A stretch of DNA of 59,555 bases, filler included, from Catajapyx aquilonaris (taxonomy: Eukaryota): assembly GCA_000934665.2 (NCBI GenBank). It is 4 parts of 4 records of this genome, joined end to end, with 100 filler letters (N's around TTAATTAATTAA, not from the genome) between each part and the next. Parts side by side here need not be neighbours in the genome. Positions count along the whole stretch, not along the records: positions 14,733 to 29,404 come from JYFJ02007724.1; positions 29,505 to 44,110 come from JYFJ02007725.1; 2 more parts are not named here. One strand, written 5' to 3'. The position numbers and the translations under genes are program-made. This document shows, one piece after another, positions 23,457 through 34,225 of the stretch; the first letter of the stretch is position 1; each line of letters begins with the position of its first letter. A model generated the notes under the pieces. The model did no database searches. It was not told where the DNA came from and saw only the letters and a program-made list of their open reading frames with translations.

Positions 23457-24574
23457 TTAATATTATGTTCACGAGGGCTGTTTTGCAGATTGATCACTAA
23501 TTTTAGGGAGCCCAAATTCTGAGACATGTGACCGATGGAATGCCACACCAGGTCAGGAGTAAACAAAGGGAGACGAACACTACACGTATATCCCGCCAGT
23601 TTTATAGCAATTGTTGGGGAATTGCTGTGAAGGTGGCAGCATCTGTATAACGTTATGTCGAAAGTGGCGTTGTGGTGTGGCACAAGGAATAACCAACTTG
23701 TGCCAAAAATGAAGCAGATGATTACGATATAATTATGTACAAAATAATATTGTAGTCAAAAAATTGGATTCTGAACTCACAATAAGTATGTCTTATTTAT
23801 AGTGTCTTTCATAATGATTCACAGTTCTAGGGTAATTACTGTACTTCGTGTGACGTCGAAAGGTCATTTTCAGAGTATGAAGGAGCATAGTGCACTGCAC
23901 ATTTTCGGGCAAAAATAATAATAAAAAAAACGAAAATCTATCCAGCCCCACATGCCAAAATTTTGGGTCGAAAATCGCAAATTCCATCGAGCCACCACGT
24001 TCCATGAATTGGGGTGGAATGACCCAGGTAGATATTTGTACAGTTTTCAAGACCTACATTGCTTACCTTTTTCGTTTTTTAGAAACCAAAAAATCCGTAC
24101 TTTCATGATAACAATAATCTGCAGATACACCCGCTACAATCTCTTCTGACACATGCATACAACATGAAAATGTAGCTTGTGTCTACGCCTGACACCCCAG
24201 ACTCTTGAAGTCAATTAGAAGATATTCTGTAGATGTAGTATGTAATTTATTATTATGGGTGATTCTCCAAAAACTTACCAATACCATGTCCCGGCATAAT
24301 AACTCAAAAATGGCTTGACTGAGAGAGTTGATTTTTTAAACATTTGTAGAAGTAGTTGACACCTAGCCATCCCCATGAAAACAATGAAATATATTAAATT
24401 AAGTTTTACTGCAAAAAATGTCAAAGGGCCTAAAATCACTATTCTTGGCATGTCCCGATCTCATTTTAAAGCATGCTATATTTTCTTACAATTCTACCTG
24501 TAGCATTAGACAAGTTTCAATACAATAATTAAATTGTAAATAATTGAAGGTATAAAACAACATTTTTAAAACTA

Positions 24575-24864
24575 CATTCATTCATTCATTCATACCCCGT
24601 TATCAGGCTATCGGCTCTTTAGGGGGGAAGTTTTTTGTTTTGCCTGGAACTCTTTGCTTTCATTTTACTGCGCTTTTTGGGATAGGATAGGGACGGAAGG
24701 AAGCGGCTGTGGCCTATTAATTACGGAAGCAACTCCGGAATTTTCCTGGAAGGACCGTGGGAAACCGCAGAAAACCACGGTCAGAGTTGCCGGCCCCGGG
24801 ATTCGAACCCAGGACCTCCCGATTAGCAGTCGGACGCCTCATCCACTATGCCAACCTGCTTCGG
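24575..24864 (-). mobile_element. tRNA-Ser-like SINE, (TGAA)n tail
   Basis: Reverse-complement copy of the 20072 element; 15-bp TSD ACATTTT(T/G)AAAACTA at 24560-24574 and 24866-24880. Confidence 0.9.
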
Positions 24865-25156
24865 TACATTTTGAAAACTATTTATTCATTTGACAATACC
24901 TTGCTGCGTCACTCCAAAGTGCGTCCCGAGTTTTCCCGGAAATAAAAAGTTCACACTCCTGGCTCATTTTTCTATGTCACATAATAGCTTAAATGTTTTG
25001 AAATAACTGTGATTCCATGCCATGAAGGGTCTTCATGAACCCATCACAGAAATCTCCATAGACAACGTTTGTTCTGGACCGTGATATTAATCCTATTGCA
25101 TGCATAGGTCATTCTTCTGGCTCCCGAACTCCTGGAAATAATATTCACTCTCCTGG

Positions 25157-25498
25157 GGGAGGCACGGTGGCCGAGATGATAACGTCTCGGCTTGCTATGC
25201 GAAAGGTCCCGGGTTCAAATCCCCACCCGGGAGCAAACCATTCGCTTGCGTCATTGGGTCGTGACCCGCGCCTAAGGAGGCGTCTTGGCAACCTGACCTC
25301 CTGGGGGACTGCACCTGGCCCACCGCTGGACAATGCACCTGCACATGTGTCCCCTCCCCAAATCCCCAACCCTTACCCCATTTCCTAGAAATCCTTGCAC
25401 CGGTGTCCGAAGAAAAAGTAATTAGAAAAACTGTATGGTGGTCTGCCACCCCCCTATAACGACCAAGTGTTGTATCACGGGGTAAAAAAAAAAAAAAA
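25157..25498 (+). mobile_element. tRNA-derived SINE with poly(A) tail (second family)
   Basis: A box TGGCCGAGATG, B box GGTTCAAATCCC, poly(A) at ~25484-25498, 12-bp TSD TCACTCTCCTGG at 25145-25156 and 25499-25510. Confidence 0.88.
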
Positions 25499-26151
25499 TC
25501 ACTCTCCTGGCATTAGAATATCAGAGTTAGTTCCACATATTTTTCTCTGATTTGTGATCTCCTATAGAGTAAGTGAGAATTTTTCAGGATTTTTGAAACA
25601 AGTTTTGAAATTCATTAATTCTTGCTTTGAAAATTGGCAAGTTTTTGGAGAATCACCCATATACACTTGTGCAGTAATCAGATGACCAATAACAAACTTT
25701 TCGAAATATTCAATTTGAAAATGCTAAATGTGTAACTCTTAAAATTTTACAGTGTGATATTTATAATCTATTTATTATAATATATAGATTATCACACTTG
25801 AAAAACTGCATTGTCTCATCTTTGGGCATCTGCTATAAAAAAATATCCTAAAAATAACACTTTACTGAACCATATACACTACAATCATGTACCGTATGTT
25901 ACGCTCACTAAAATATGCGACAAGGAAATGTGTGTCGCAAAATGTATACTTTGGGAGAAAATATTAGGATGACATTTTATGCATGTGTGAAGAGAGGTTT
26001 GAGGATGGCAGTTTAAAAATGACAAATTACGTGAACGAAAATAAAGGACAATCAACAAAAATTAATTCATATTTTTCATAGCAAGAGTACAGTAGAGACA
26101 GTATTCAAGAATTTCACAAAAGCAGGTGATATACAGATGTGCGACACATGG

Positions 26152-28068
26152 CTACATTTCCCAATATATAATCTCAGTGATGAAAATAATGGCACCCAAA
26201 CACCAGCTGAAAATGAACAGAAAATAAATCGCCCCACGCATTTGTTCAAAATTTAAAGCCATTGAATGAACATACAATAAGTCATTGTTTCTTGCGTCTC
26301 GAATGCCAATAATGAAGCACGTTTCGAATAAGTACTGGTCATATTTGGCCATAAGACCGGACTCGATGTAGGACAAAACAAACCGGTTGAGGATCGGACC
26401 CAGTAAACTGTGCTTGTCAGTAATCACGCCTACGAAAATTAACATTCCTGCCTCCTTTGATGCAACTATGGGGAGTATTCCAGCCTTGTCTACATATTGG
26501 GCTCCTATGCCTAACACAATGTCACTAGCAGATATGCAGGCGTAATTGGTCTCTATTGATTTACGAATACAAGTGTTCAAGTCTTTTTCATCTATCATAC
26601 GGGCTGAAATGGGTTTGAAATATTCCAAATCATTATTCAAAAAAATATTTGCGTAGTAAGGTTTTGCTACTTCCAAAGTCCCCCATTCCCAGTCATCACT
26701 CCTTTTGCTGAGATCCTGATATGTCTTGGGCAAATCTTCCTGCAGTGGGGATGCCAGGAACCCAAAATATCTGGCTTCGTATCCACAGATCAAAACCAAT
26801 GAACCAATCCACCAGAAGGAGATGAACACTCGGGGAGCATCACCTTCGGGTACACTGTTGGGATTTTCCTCAATCAGGGTGGAAAATGTGTATCTCAAGG
26901 AATAAAGGAGGAAGGATGGTGGAGCTTTACCTGTTGGAAAAGGGCTGTAGTATTGCTTCTGTATTTTTAACACAGTGTAAAGGACCAAACTGCCTGTTAT
27001 ACATGACATGAATATTAAAGCCCACATGTCTGATGTGTACGGCATAAGGACTGCATTCCAAGTGTAACTCGGTCTGGAAGTTCTCGTTGTAAATGTCATT
27101 TGGGTAATATAAGAGGGGAATATGACTTGAACAACTCCATACATTGCATCGGTGAATATTGTATAGCCAAACTCTGCCTTTCTTTGTACAATTTCACCCA
27201 CTTGACCGGTGTAATTTCCATCAGGCAAACGTGAGTCTGGAAGTTCTCCCTCGGCTAATTCAACACCTTCCAGGGTCCAATCAAAATTAAAAGCGTCACT
27301 CGCTATGAGAACAGACATCATAGTGCCAAACATTGGGACGAAATTGTCAAGCATGAATTGCAACTCTGTTTTAGATAAATCAAAGCTAAATGTTCCATTA
27401 ATTGCCTTACCATGCAGATTGGTGGAATAATCAGGAAACAAATCGGGCATGGTTTTACCCCGCTTGTACTGACCGACATGCACCACCTTGGGATTCCCGT
27501 GATCGCAATAATGACAGTTCGCCATCACCTTGAGCGAGTGGGAGTCCTGGTCGAACTGGATCCCGACCTGAAAGAGCATGAGTTGGGCGATGGGATGCAT
27601 CAAGACTGTGTCCAGACCTCCGTCCCTGGGCCAGAAGAGGAACCTGTCCCTTCCGGTGTCCATGAGGTGAAGAGTGGCCGCGTGGACCACCAGAGGAGAC
27701 AAGGTGTCCAGTGTCCCGAAGGCGAAGAGGAAGGTGGCGCAGGGGTCCAGTCTCCTGGCCTCCGGTCTGTGCAGCCAGGAGAACCAGTACTGTCCACTGG
27801 CGTCCACTGGTGTCCCGTCCCACCTCACCACCGCCACTTCCTCCGATCCATTGTTGATCAGCCGGTTAAACGAAGAGGGGAACACCAACCAGTCGCCGCA
27901 CAACACCAGGAGACACTCGGGTCTCGAACCACGGACATCTTCCACCAGGGAGGCCACCAGCTCTTCCTCTTCCGACCCAACAGATGAAGATGACATGTGG
28001 ACTTGACCAGATACTGTAAGGGAAGCCACTGCACAAAGAGCAACAACTACTACACGCATCGCCTCCAT
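26152..28068 (-). CDS. intronless divergent ionotropic receptor (IR, chemosensory iGluR family), 638 aa
   Basis: Signal peptide; S1 DGNYTGQVGEIVQRKAEFG; M1 PYTSDMWALIF; pore/M3 PEGDAPRVFISFWWIG..GYEARYFGFLASP (degenerate SYTANLAAF); S2 ending LNRFVLSYIESGL; M4 ALNFEQMRGAIYFLF. Confidence 0.92.
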   Translation of the reverse strand: MEAMRVVVVALCAVASLTVSGQVHMSSSSVGSEEEELVASLVEDVRGSRPECLLVLCGDWLVFPSSFNRLINNGSEEVAVVRWDGTPVDASGQYWFSWLHRPEARRLDPCATFLFAFGTLDTLSPLVVHAATLHLMDTGRDRFLFWPRDGGLDTVLMHPIAQLMLFQVGIQFDQDSHSLKVMANCHYCDHGNPKVVHVGQYKRGKTMPDLFPDYSTNLHGKAINGTFSFDLSKTELQFMLDNFVPMFGTMMSVLIASDAFNFDWTLEGVELAEGELPDSRLPDGNYTGQVGEIVQRKAEFGYTIFTDAMYGVVQVIFPSYITQMTFTTRTSRPSYTWNAVLMPYTSDMWALIFMSCITGSLVLYTVLKIQKQYYSPFPTGKAPPSFLLYSLRYTFSTLIEENPNSVPEGDAPRVFISFWWIGSLVLICGYEARYFGFLASPLQEDLPKTYQDLSKRSDDWEWGTLEVAKPYYANIFLNNDLEYFKPISARMIDEKDLNTCIRKSIETNYACISASDIVLGIGAQYVDKAGILPIVASKEAGMLIFVGVITDKHSLLGPILNRFVLSYIESGLMAKYDQYLFETCFIIGIRDARNNDLLYVHSMALNFEQMRGAIYFLFIFSWCLGAIIFITEIIYWEM

Positions 28069-28073
28069 GATAG

Positions 28074-28108
28074 AACTGAACTATTCCGATCGATTCCTTC
28101 CTTTTATA
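28074..28108 (-). promoter_or_regulatory. TATA box + arthropod initiator core promoter of the IR gene
   Basis: TATAAAA at 28108-28102 and TCAGTT at 28079-28074; A+1 (28077) is 31 nt from TATA; conserved in the duplicate copy. Confidence 0.75.
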
Positions 28109-29404
28109 TGAGAATATACTCCAGATTTGGCGATTGACTTACTTGATAGAATAGAATGGATAACTGCAGATATAGCATATTTTCAATAACCAAAGCCTGC
28201 GTCTAAATAGGCAAAAAAAAAATCTTCTTGAGTCACCCTCCTATAATCTCTCGTAATTATTATTTGCAGTATTTAGCAGACAATTCGCTCGCAAAATATT
28301 ATATGAGGATGTCAGGAGTGCAGCATCATATCAGAAAATTGCGACTTATGACGGCGTTATTACCACTATTTCTCGTCATGAAGACAAGCAAATTGTTTTT
28401 CTTATCTATATTTTATATTGTTAACAATATAATATTATCCTTTCCGTGGTTGTTTAAGTAATTTACTTGCCATAATATGATGTGCTCTATATTAGAGTGG
28501 GTTTTTTTCCTGACTGTCAAGTAAGTTATTCGCCTTGCACTGGAATAGGTCTCACATTAACTTTAGATTGCAGCTCTTTATAATAAATTATGCGTCGAAG
28601 GCAATTACATGTATATATGGCATATGGACATATATGTGGAATATTTTTGGCTAAGTGGTAAGCCATAGTCTACCTCATAAAAATCGACCATAAACTGCCC
28701 TCGTTCCTGGGTTCTTGCTCATCCTTACTTTATGATAATTCCATTGCGCACACATATATATGTCCTTATTCAAATGCACATTAAGCAGATTATGTCCATT
28801 ATCACGAGTTACTTAAGCACCAAGGAGTTTGTGCGAAAACGTTTCATTTATTGACAAGTCTTTATTAATGTGCTACTTTTCACAATTATGCCACCTTTGT
28901 TCGATGCTAATAATGACTCATCAGTCCATACTCTGGCAGACTTACGCTGCAAAACAAACAATTTGCCATGGTGTAGTACAACTGGTGAAATCAATAGGAC
29001 AGTCGATGTGTAATCGTGTTCCTGTGGAGGGGTTGCATGTTTCATACCCAGAGCGACTGTTTTCCATGTACTGTTTTCCATTGATGGCAGGCCCCACTCT
29101 TTACTCCAACAGTGCAAATTACTCGAGACCTACCAAGGTCACTGATGTCATGTCACATGTGGTCATTACCCGTTTGAATCGGGTCAGTTCAGGAATTATT
29201 AACAAAGGAAGACGAACACTTTTCCCGCCAATTCTATAGCAATGGTTGGAGGGTTGAGGTGAAGATGGCAGCACCTCCAAGCCAATGGATGCCGAAAGCA
29301 GCGCTGTGGTGTGGCACAAACGAGAACTATCTTGTTGTGAAATATTAATCAGACAACTACGGTATATACAGATACTGTAAATCAAAGATTCGAAGCACCT
29401 GTTA

Positions 29405-29504
29405 NNNNNNNNNNNNNNNNNNNNNNNNNNNNNNNNNNNNNNNNNNNNTTAATTAATTAANNNNNNNNNNNNNNNNNNNNNNNNNNNNNNNNNNNNNNNN
29501 NNNN
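29405..29504. other. assembly linker/gap
   Basis: 44 N + TTAATTAATTAA + 44 N. Confidence 0.98.
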
Positions 29505-29805
29505 CCCTACCAGCCACCTCCCCTTCCCCTCCTCCCTCCTTCCTATGAGCAGGATGATGGCCGCCTGAGAGATGCTCCATCCCCGCCCCACATTCGATCC
29601 AGGGACAGGTAAATGGCCCCCGTGCTCTGCCCTTGGGTTATGGGGAGGGAGGGTGACCCTCGCCCTGCTCCCACCCACCGCCGCTTTCCCTATCTATAGA
29701 ACGTCATCCTCCCTTCTCCTCCATCCATTTCGAGTGTGTGGAACGAACGCCCCCCATCAGCCTGGCCTAATTCCCCCCGTCGTCTTCCTCCCAATTGATT
29801 TGCAG

Positions 29806-32800
29806 TGATGTCTACTAAGCCCCCTCCGGTTCCTCCTCGAGTGCGGCTGGACGTGGTGGAGGAAGTGGAGGTCGTGCCGGACGTGGTCCCTGTGGGGGAG
29901 TTCTGGACGCAGGCCGAGGTGGGGATGCCGGACAAGGGGAAGGTGCTGCTGGCCATGGCCGCAGCCGCAGCCGCATCCGCCTCCAGCTCCAGCAGCGTCA
30001 TGCCCCCTCCGCCGGTGCTGATGCCCGTGGCCACCCTGGCTCCCATGGTCACCCTCTCCGGCGCACAGGTCGTGGTGCAGCAGCCCATCATGGCCCCCTC
30101 CGCAGCAGCAGCACCCAGGCCTGCCACCGTGCAAGGCCCCTTTCTAGGTATGGCTGGGTTGCACCGGACTGGGGGTCAGCCCCCCTTCGTTCGTCAACTG
30201 GCCACAACCATGTCCAACGTGTTGAGAAAATTATACCATGTCCAATGTACTCTGACTCGGTACACTCAATGTCCGAATAATACGTTTGACATGGTTGTCT
30301 CCTTGTTGCTTTATGCCAGCGTCATTGCTGGTAGACCGCCAGTACCTTCCGACTTGATTTTACATGTGAAAGTGAGTTGTTGAACCGGCGTTTAATCTGC
30401 ACGAGAAATCTCACAGCGAAATGCTCGTTTTCCAAATTTTGATCCGCCCGTTCCGCTTGCTTCTACAGTAAATAGCTAGGAACCTTTCGTAAAAAGAACA
30501 GATTTTTATAAGTGTGTTACAGTGTGCCGTGTACAGCAAAAGTGAACTGAATGTAAACCGTTAACGTGTGTTCCAAGTTTACAAAGGCAGCGATTGTGCG
30601 TCGCTTATTCAATGAACGTAACAACGGTGGACATGGTTCAAATTTGTGACACGGCTTCTCGTATGGGCAAGCTTGCAATGAAGCATCCAGGCAATTTATT
30701 CGAATTGAGAGTACGGGCTGTAGGGCCTTAACCAGTAATTTGGATGTCAAATTTGAAACTGAGCGTCATTTCAGGCTTCCTTGAATATTTTTGTATGTTT
30801 TTTTCTTTGTCGCTGCTGATTTATTTGGTGTTTGTGCGAAAATCTGTTGTGTTTACGAAAAGGGCGAGGTCCGTGGGGGCTGACCATTCCAGTGTAGCCA
30901 TTTTGTTTGTCCCTTCCTTTTCGTCCTCTCCATCTTGGTCTCCTGCCGTTCCTTCACGCTTTTCCCGCGATGCGATCTGTCCCTGCCTGTCCTTATCCCT
31001 CGCCGCCGCCCCCTCCTGGCCATTTGCCCCGTTCCCGCTACCAAACCCGTAGACCGCCCGTACCGCTGCGACGCGTGCCCCAAGACGTTCAAGTCTCACT
31101 GGAAGCTGAAGCAGCACAAGACGGTGCACACAGGTGAGAGGCCCCACCCCTGCCACCTGTGCGACCGCCGGTTCTCACGCCGGGAGCATCTGAATAAACA
31201 CCTGCGCGTCCACGCAGGGGACCGGCCTTACATCTGCCAGTGCGGGAAGGGATTCACCCGGCAGGAGCATCTCACCAAGCACAACCGAATACACACCGGG
31301 GAGAGGCCCTTCCGATGCGAGGAGTTCAGCTGCGGGAAGGCGTTCACCTGCCGGGAGCACCTTAGCAAGCATCGGTAGGTCTCCTTTGCTTCACTCTGCT
31401 GCTGGGCGTGGTGAAATCAGTGACGACAAACGGCAAGGACGGTCTTACTGAAAAAGTTTTTCCGTGCGTATGGCCAAGCAAAGTCGTGGCGAATTAAATT
31501 TTTTTCCCATTGAAGCCGTTAACGGATCTAAAATGACGGTTTTCAGTGCGGGAAATGCATGTTCGTTAAGATTAATGTTCGGCTTGTTTCCGGACTAACG
31601 AGGGAGGCGCGGTGAATGACGGCAGTATTCGCCTGGAGGTAATTTTTTTTTTTTTTAATAAAAATAATAATATTGCTTTATTTCCCCGGTGCTTTGAAGC
31701 ACATTTGGGAAAGGGGAGGTAATTAAATTCAATTCGAGTTCATTCCGTTTCATTTCTTCCCGTCCTCTCTCGTTAGTTCAGTTTTATTGATCCCAAGTGA
31801 AGGTCCTTGATCTGAGTGCTGCCAACGTGTTCATTAGATTAATCAAGCCCGACCTATTTGGGCACAAACGAACGACTAGCCTGCAAATTTGAGTCGAAAT
31901 TATATCGGCTGTGTGGTGACATATCGCGGACGTTTCTTTGAGGTTAATTTTCCCGGCAGTAGGAAAGAATACCATTGTTGTCGATATTCCTTCTGCAAGT
32001 ATGCGACTGGTCGCCATAATTTGTTTAAATTATGCGAGGGTAATGCGGACCTCCTCCTCGTTATCCGCTGGCAGCCTTTTGAGAAAAAGCCGTGAAGGAT
32101 GATGATGAAACTTCTCACGGTGCGGAAAACCAAAGGACAATCTGACGTCATCGTCATGCAACAATAGGAGTAAACAACGTTGCTTTTTTGTTGACTCGGT
32201 TTACTCATGTTGTTGCGATGATGTCCGGTCGTCGTTTCGTTTTCCGCACTTTTGTCAAGTTGCTCGTAATTTTAGCGGCTTGTCCAGATGCACTTTAAGG
32301 TGTACCTAGATATCTCGGATGGTGTGTAAGTTTTGATGAGAGATTTTCCGTGTTGATGGCAACAGAGATTAACACATTTTAAATTGGCTAAGGTTGGTGC
32401 ACACTGGAGAGAAGCCATTCCGATGCCCGTACTGCCCGAAGACGTTCAAGACCCAGTGGAAGAGGAAGCAGCACACTCGGGTTCACACAGGTGAGAAGCC
32501 ATACATCTGCGTTTGTGGCAAGGCATTTGCCCGACAAGAGCACCTCATCAAGCACATGCGCACACATACAGGTGAGAAGCCGTACGTGTGCGCATGTGGG
32601 AAAGGGTTCGCACGCCAGGAGCATCTCACCAAGCACACCAGAACCCATACTGGTGAAAAGCCCTACCGATGCGAGTGGTGCACCAAGGCATTCGCCACCC
32701 AGTGGAAGCTCACGGAGCATGTCCGTACACACACAGGTGAGAAGCCGTATGCCTGCGAGTGCGGGAAGGCGTTCTCACGCCGCAAGCACTACAAGGACCA

Positions 32801-33290
32801 TGTACGTATCCACACTGGAGAGAAGCCCTACCTGTGCGAGTGCGGTAAGGCATTCGCGCGACAGGAAAATCTCCGGAAGCATATCCGGCGACACTCTGCC
32901 GAGAGGCCGTACGCCTGCGAGTGCGGCATGACCTTCACTGAACGTGGGTTTCTCGCCAAGCACAGACACGCAGTGACCCACACCGGCGAAAGGCCGTTCA
33001 ACTGCCCGTTTTGTTCCAATCGGTTCAAAACAAAGTGGAACCTCGAGGTCCACATGACCACGCACATCCCTCGCGGAAGTACAACCGCTCCGTGCGAGAA
33101 ATGCGACAGGAACTACATACAAAAGGCAATGCAAGCGGGAGAGCAGGCTGCTCAGCTCATAACAATCCCAATTACGATACAGCCGCTTGTAACTGAACTG
33201 CCGGAGAAGCCGTTCGTGTGTCCTGTGTGCCAGAAGGGATTCCGGCAGCCTGGAAAACTCAAGTCGCACATGGATAAAAAGCACGGCTAA
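29806..33290 (+). CDS. multi-exon C2H2 zinc-finger protein (13 fingers); exons 29806-30147, 31053-31374, 32393-33290; further 5' exons possibly beyond the gap
   Basis: GT-AG introns with matching phases: CTAG|gtatgg...cgtag|ACCGC gives PFLDRPYRC; CATCG|gtaggt...ctaag|GTTGGTG gives [11 protein letters not shown]. From ATG 29808 the spliced length is 1560 nt (519 aa + stop). Pro/Ala-rich N-terminal exon; TGEKP linkers. Confidence 0.88.
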
Positions 33291-34225
33291 AAGAGACTTC
33301 CAGTGACGACATAAAAAAGTGCAACTGTGATAAAAAGATGACCCATCATCGTTAGCATTAGCAGTTTTAATTATTATTATTATTATTATTATTATTGACG
33401 AGATTTAATGTAGCTGTGTTGGGGGGGGGAAAAAAATATGGAGAATTAAATGAAAAGTAATCAGAATCTTTTCCTTTTCATGCATAATTACATTTTTAAA
33501 ATGTTCGGTGCGATGAGGCATTGATGGGTTGCAGGCCAGGTTAACGGAAAGCTGCTTATCATTGCTCTCGGCTGAGTCGGTTGCGTAAATGTCAATTGAA
33601 TGCAGTTTGCACTTTTCGTAGCCTCGTCGCAGCCATTCAATGATCTTTCGTCACACCGGAGTAGGGTTACACAAAAAAAAGGTGGGCATTTTCGTGACAC
33701 ACGCAATTTATTAATAACAATGAAAAATGCAATCAAAAATGAGTAATCGCGATCGTGTCACGCTGATGCCCTACAATCGTAGGCGTAAATGTATTTTCTA
33801 TTAAAAGTTGCACTAAGTTGTGTTAAAACCTATTTAGGAAAACGCCTCCCAATTTATTTCTGTTACGGATTGATACAATCAGAGATTCATACAACTAGTA
33901 CGATTGGCATAATTTTTTAACAGTAAGTGACAATTAAATTTGTTGTGTGTTTACTGCCCGCATTGAAATTAGTAAATGATGTACAAATTGTGCACAGTCA
34001 GTAAAGGCGTAAAAATGGGCAACATTTTTTTTTTCATGTTAAAAGGTGAAGGTGTGTACAGTCACGAGCAAAAGGTAGGCGTGCGTTAACAAAAATGTTG
34101 TTTTGAAAGCATGTCCGTAGCTGTTTGATGGCGATGTTTCGTTAAATAACACCCGTTGCTATGGGCATCTTTAAAGAGGCATTTTTGTTAAACGTGGCGC
34201 CTACCATTTGCTAGTGTCAGTACAG

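Larger units (their letters stand above)
24257..25658. mobile_element. non-autonomous TIR DNA transposon (GGG termini, possibly Sola2-like) carrying two nested SINEs
   Basis: TIRs GGGTGATTCTCCAAAAACTTACCAAT and ATTGGCAAGTTTTTGGAGAATCACCC; flanks TTAT/ATAT (imperfect 4-bp TSD, or TA TSD if ends are 1 nt wider). Confidence 0.75.

Noticed and set aside
27412..28006. plus-strand ORFs over the IR N-terminus
   Set aside because: Antisense shadows of the GC-rich IR coding region.
29457..29678. ORFs containing X that cross the linkers
   Set aside because: Artefacts of N runs and the TTAATTAATTAA linker.
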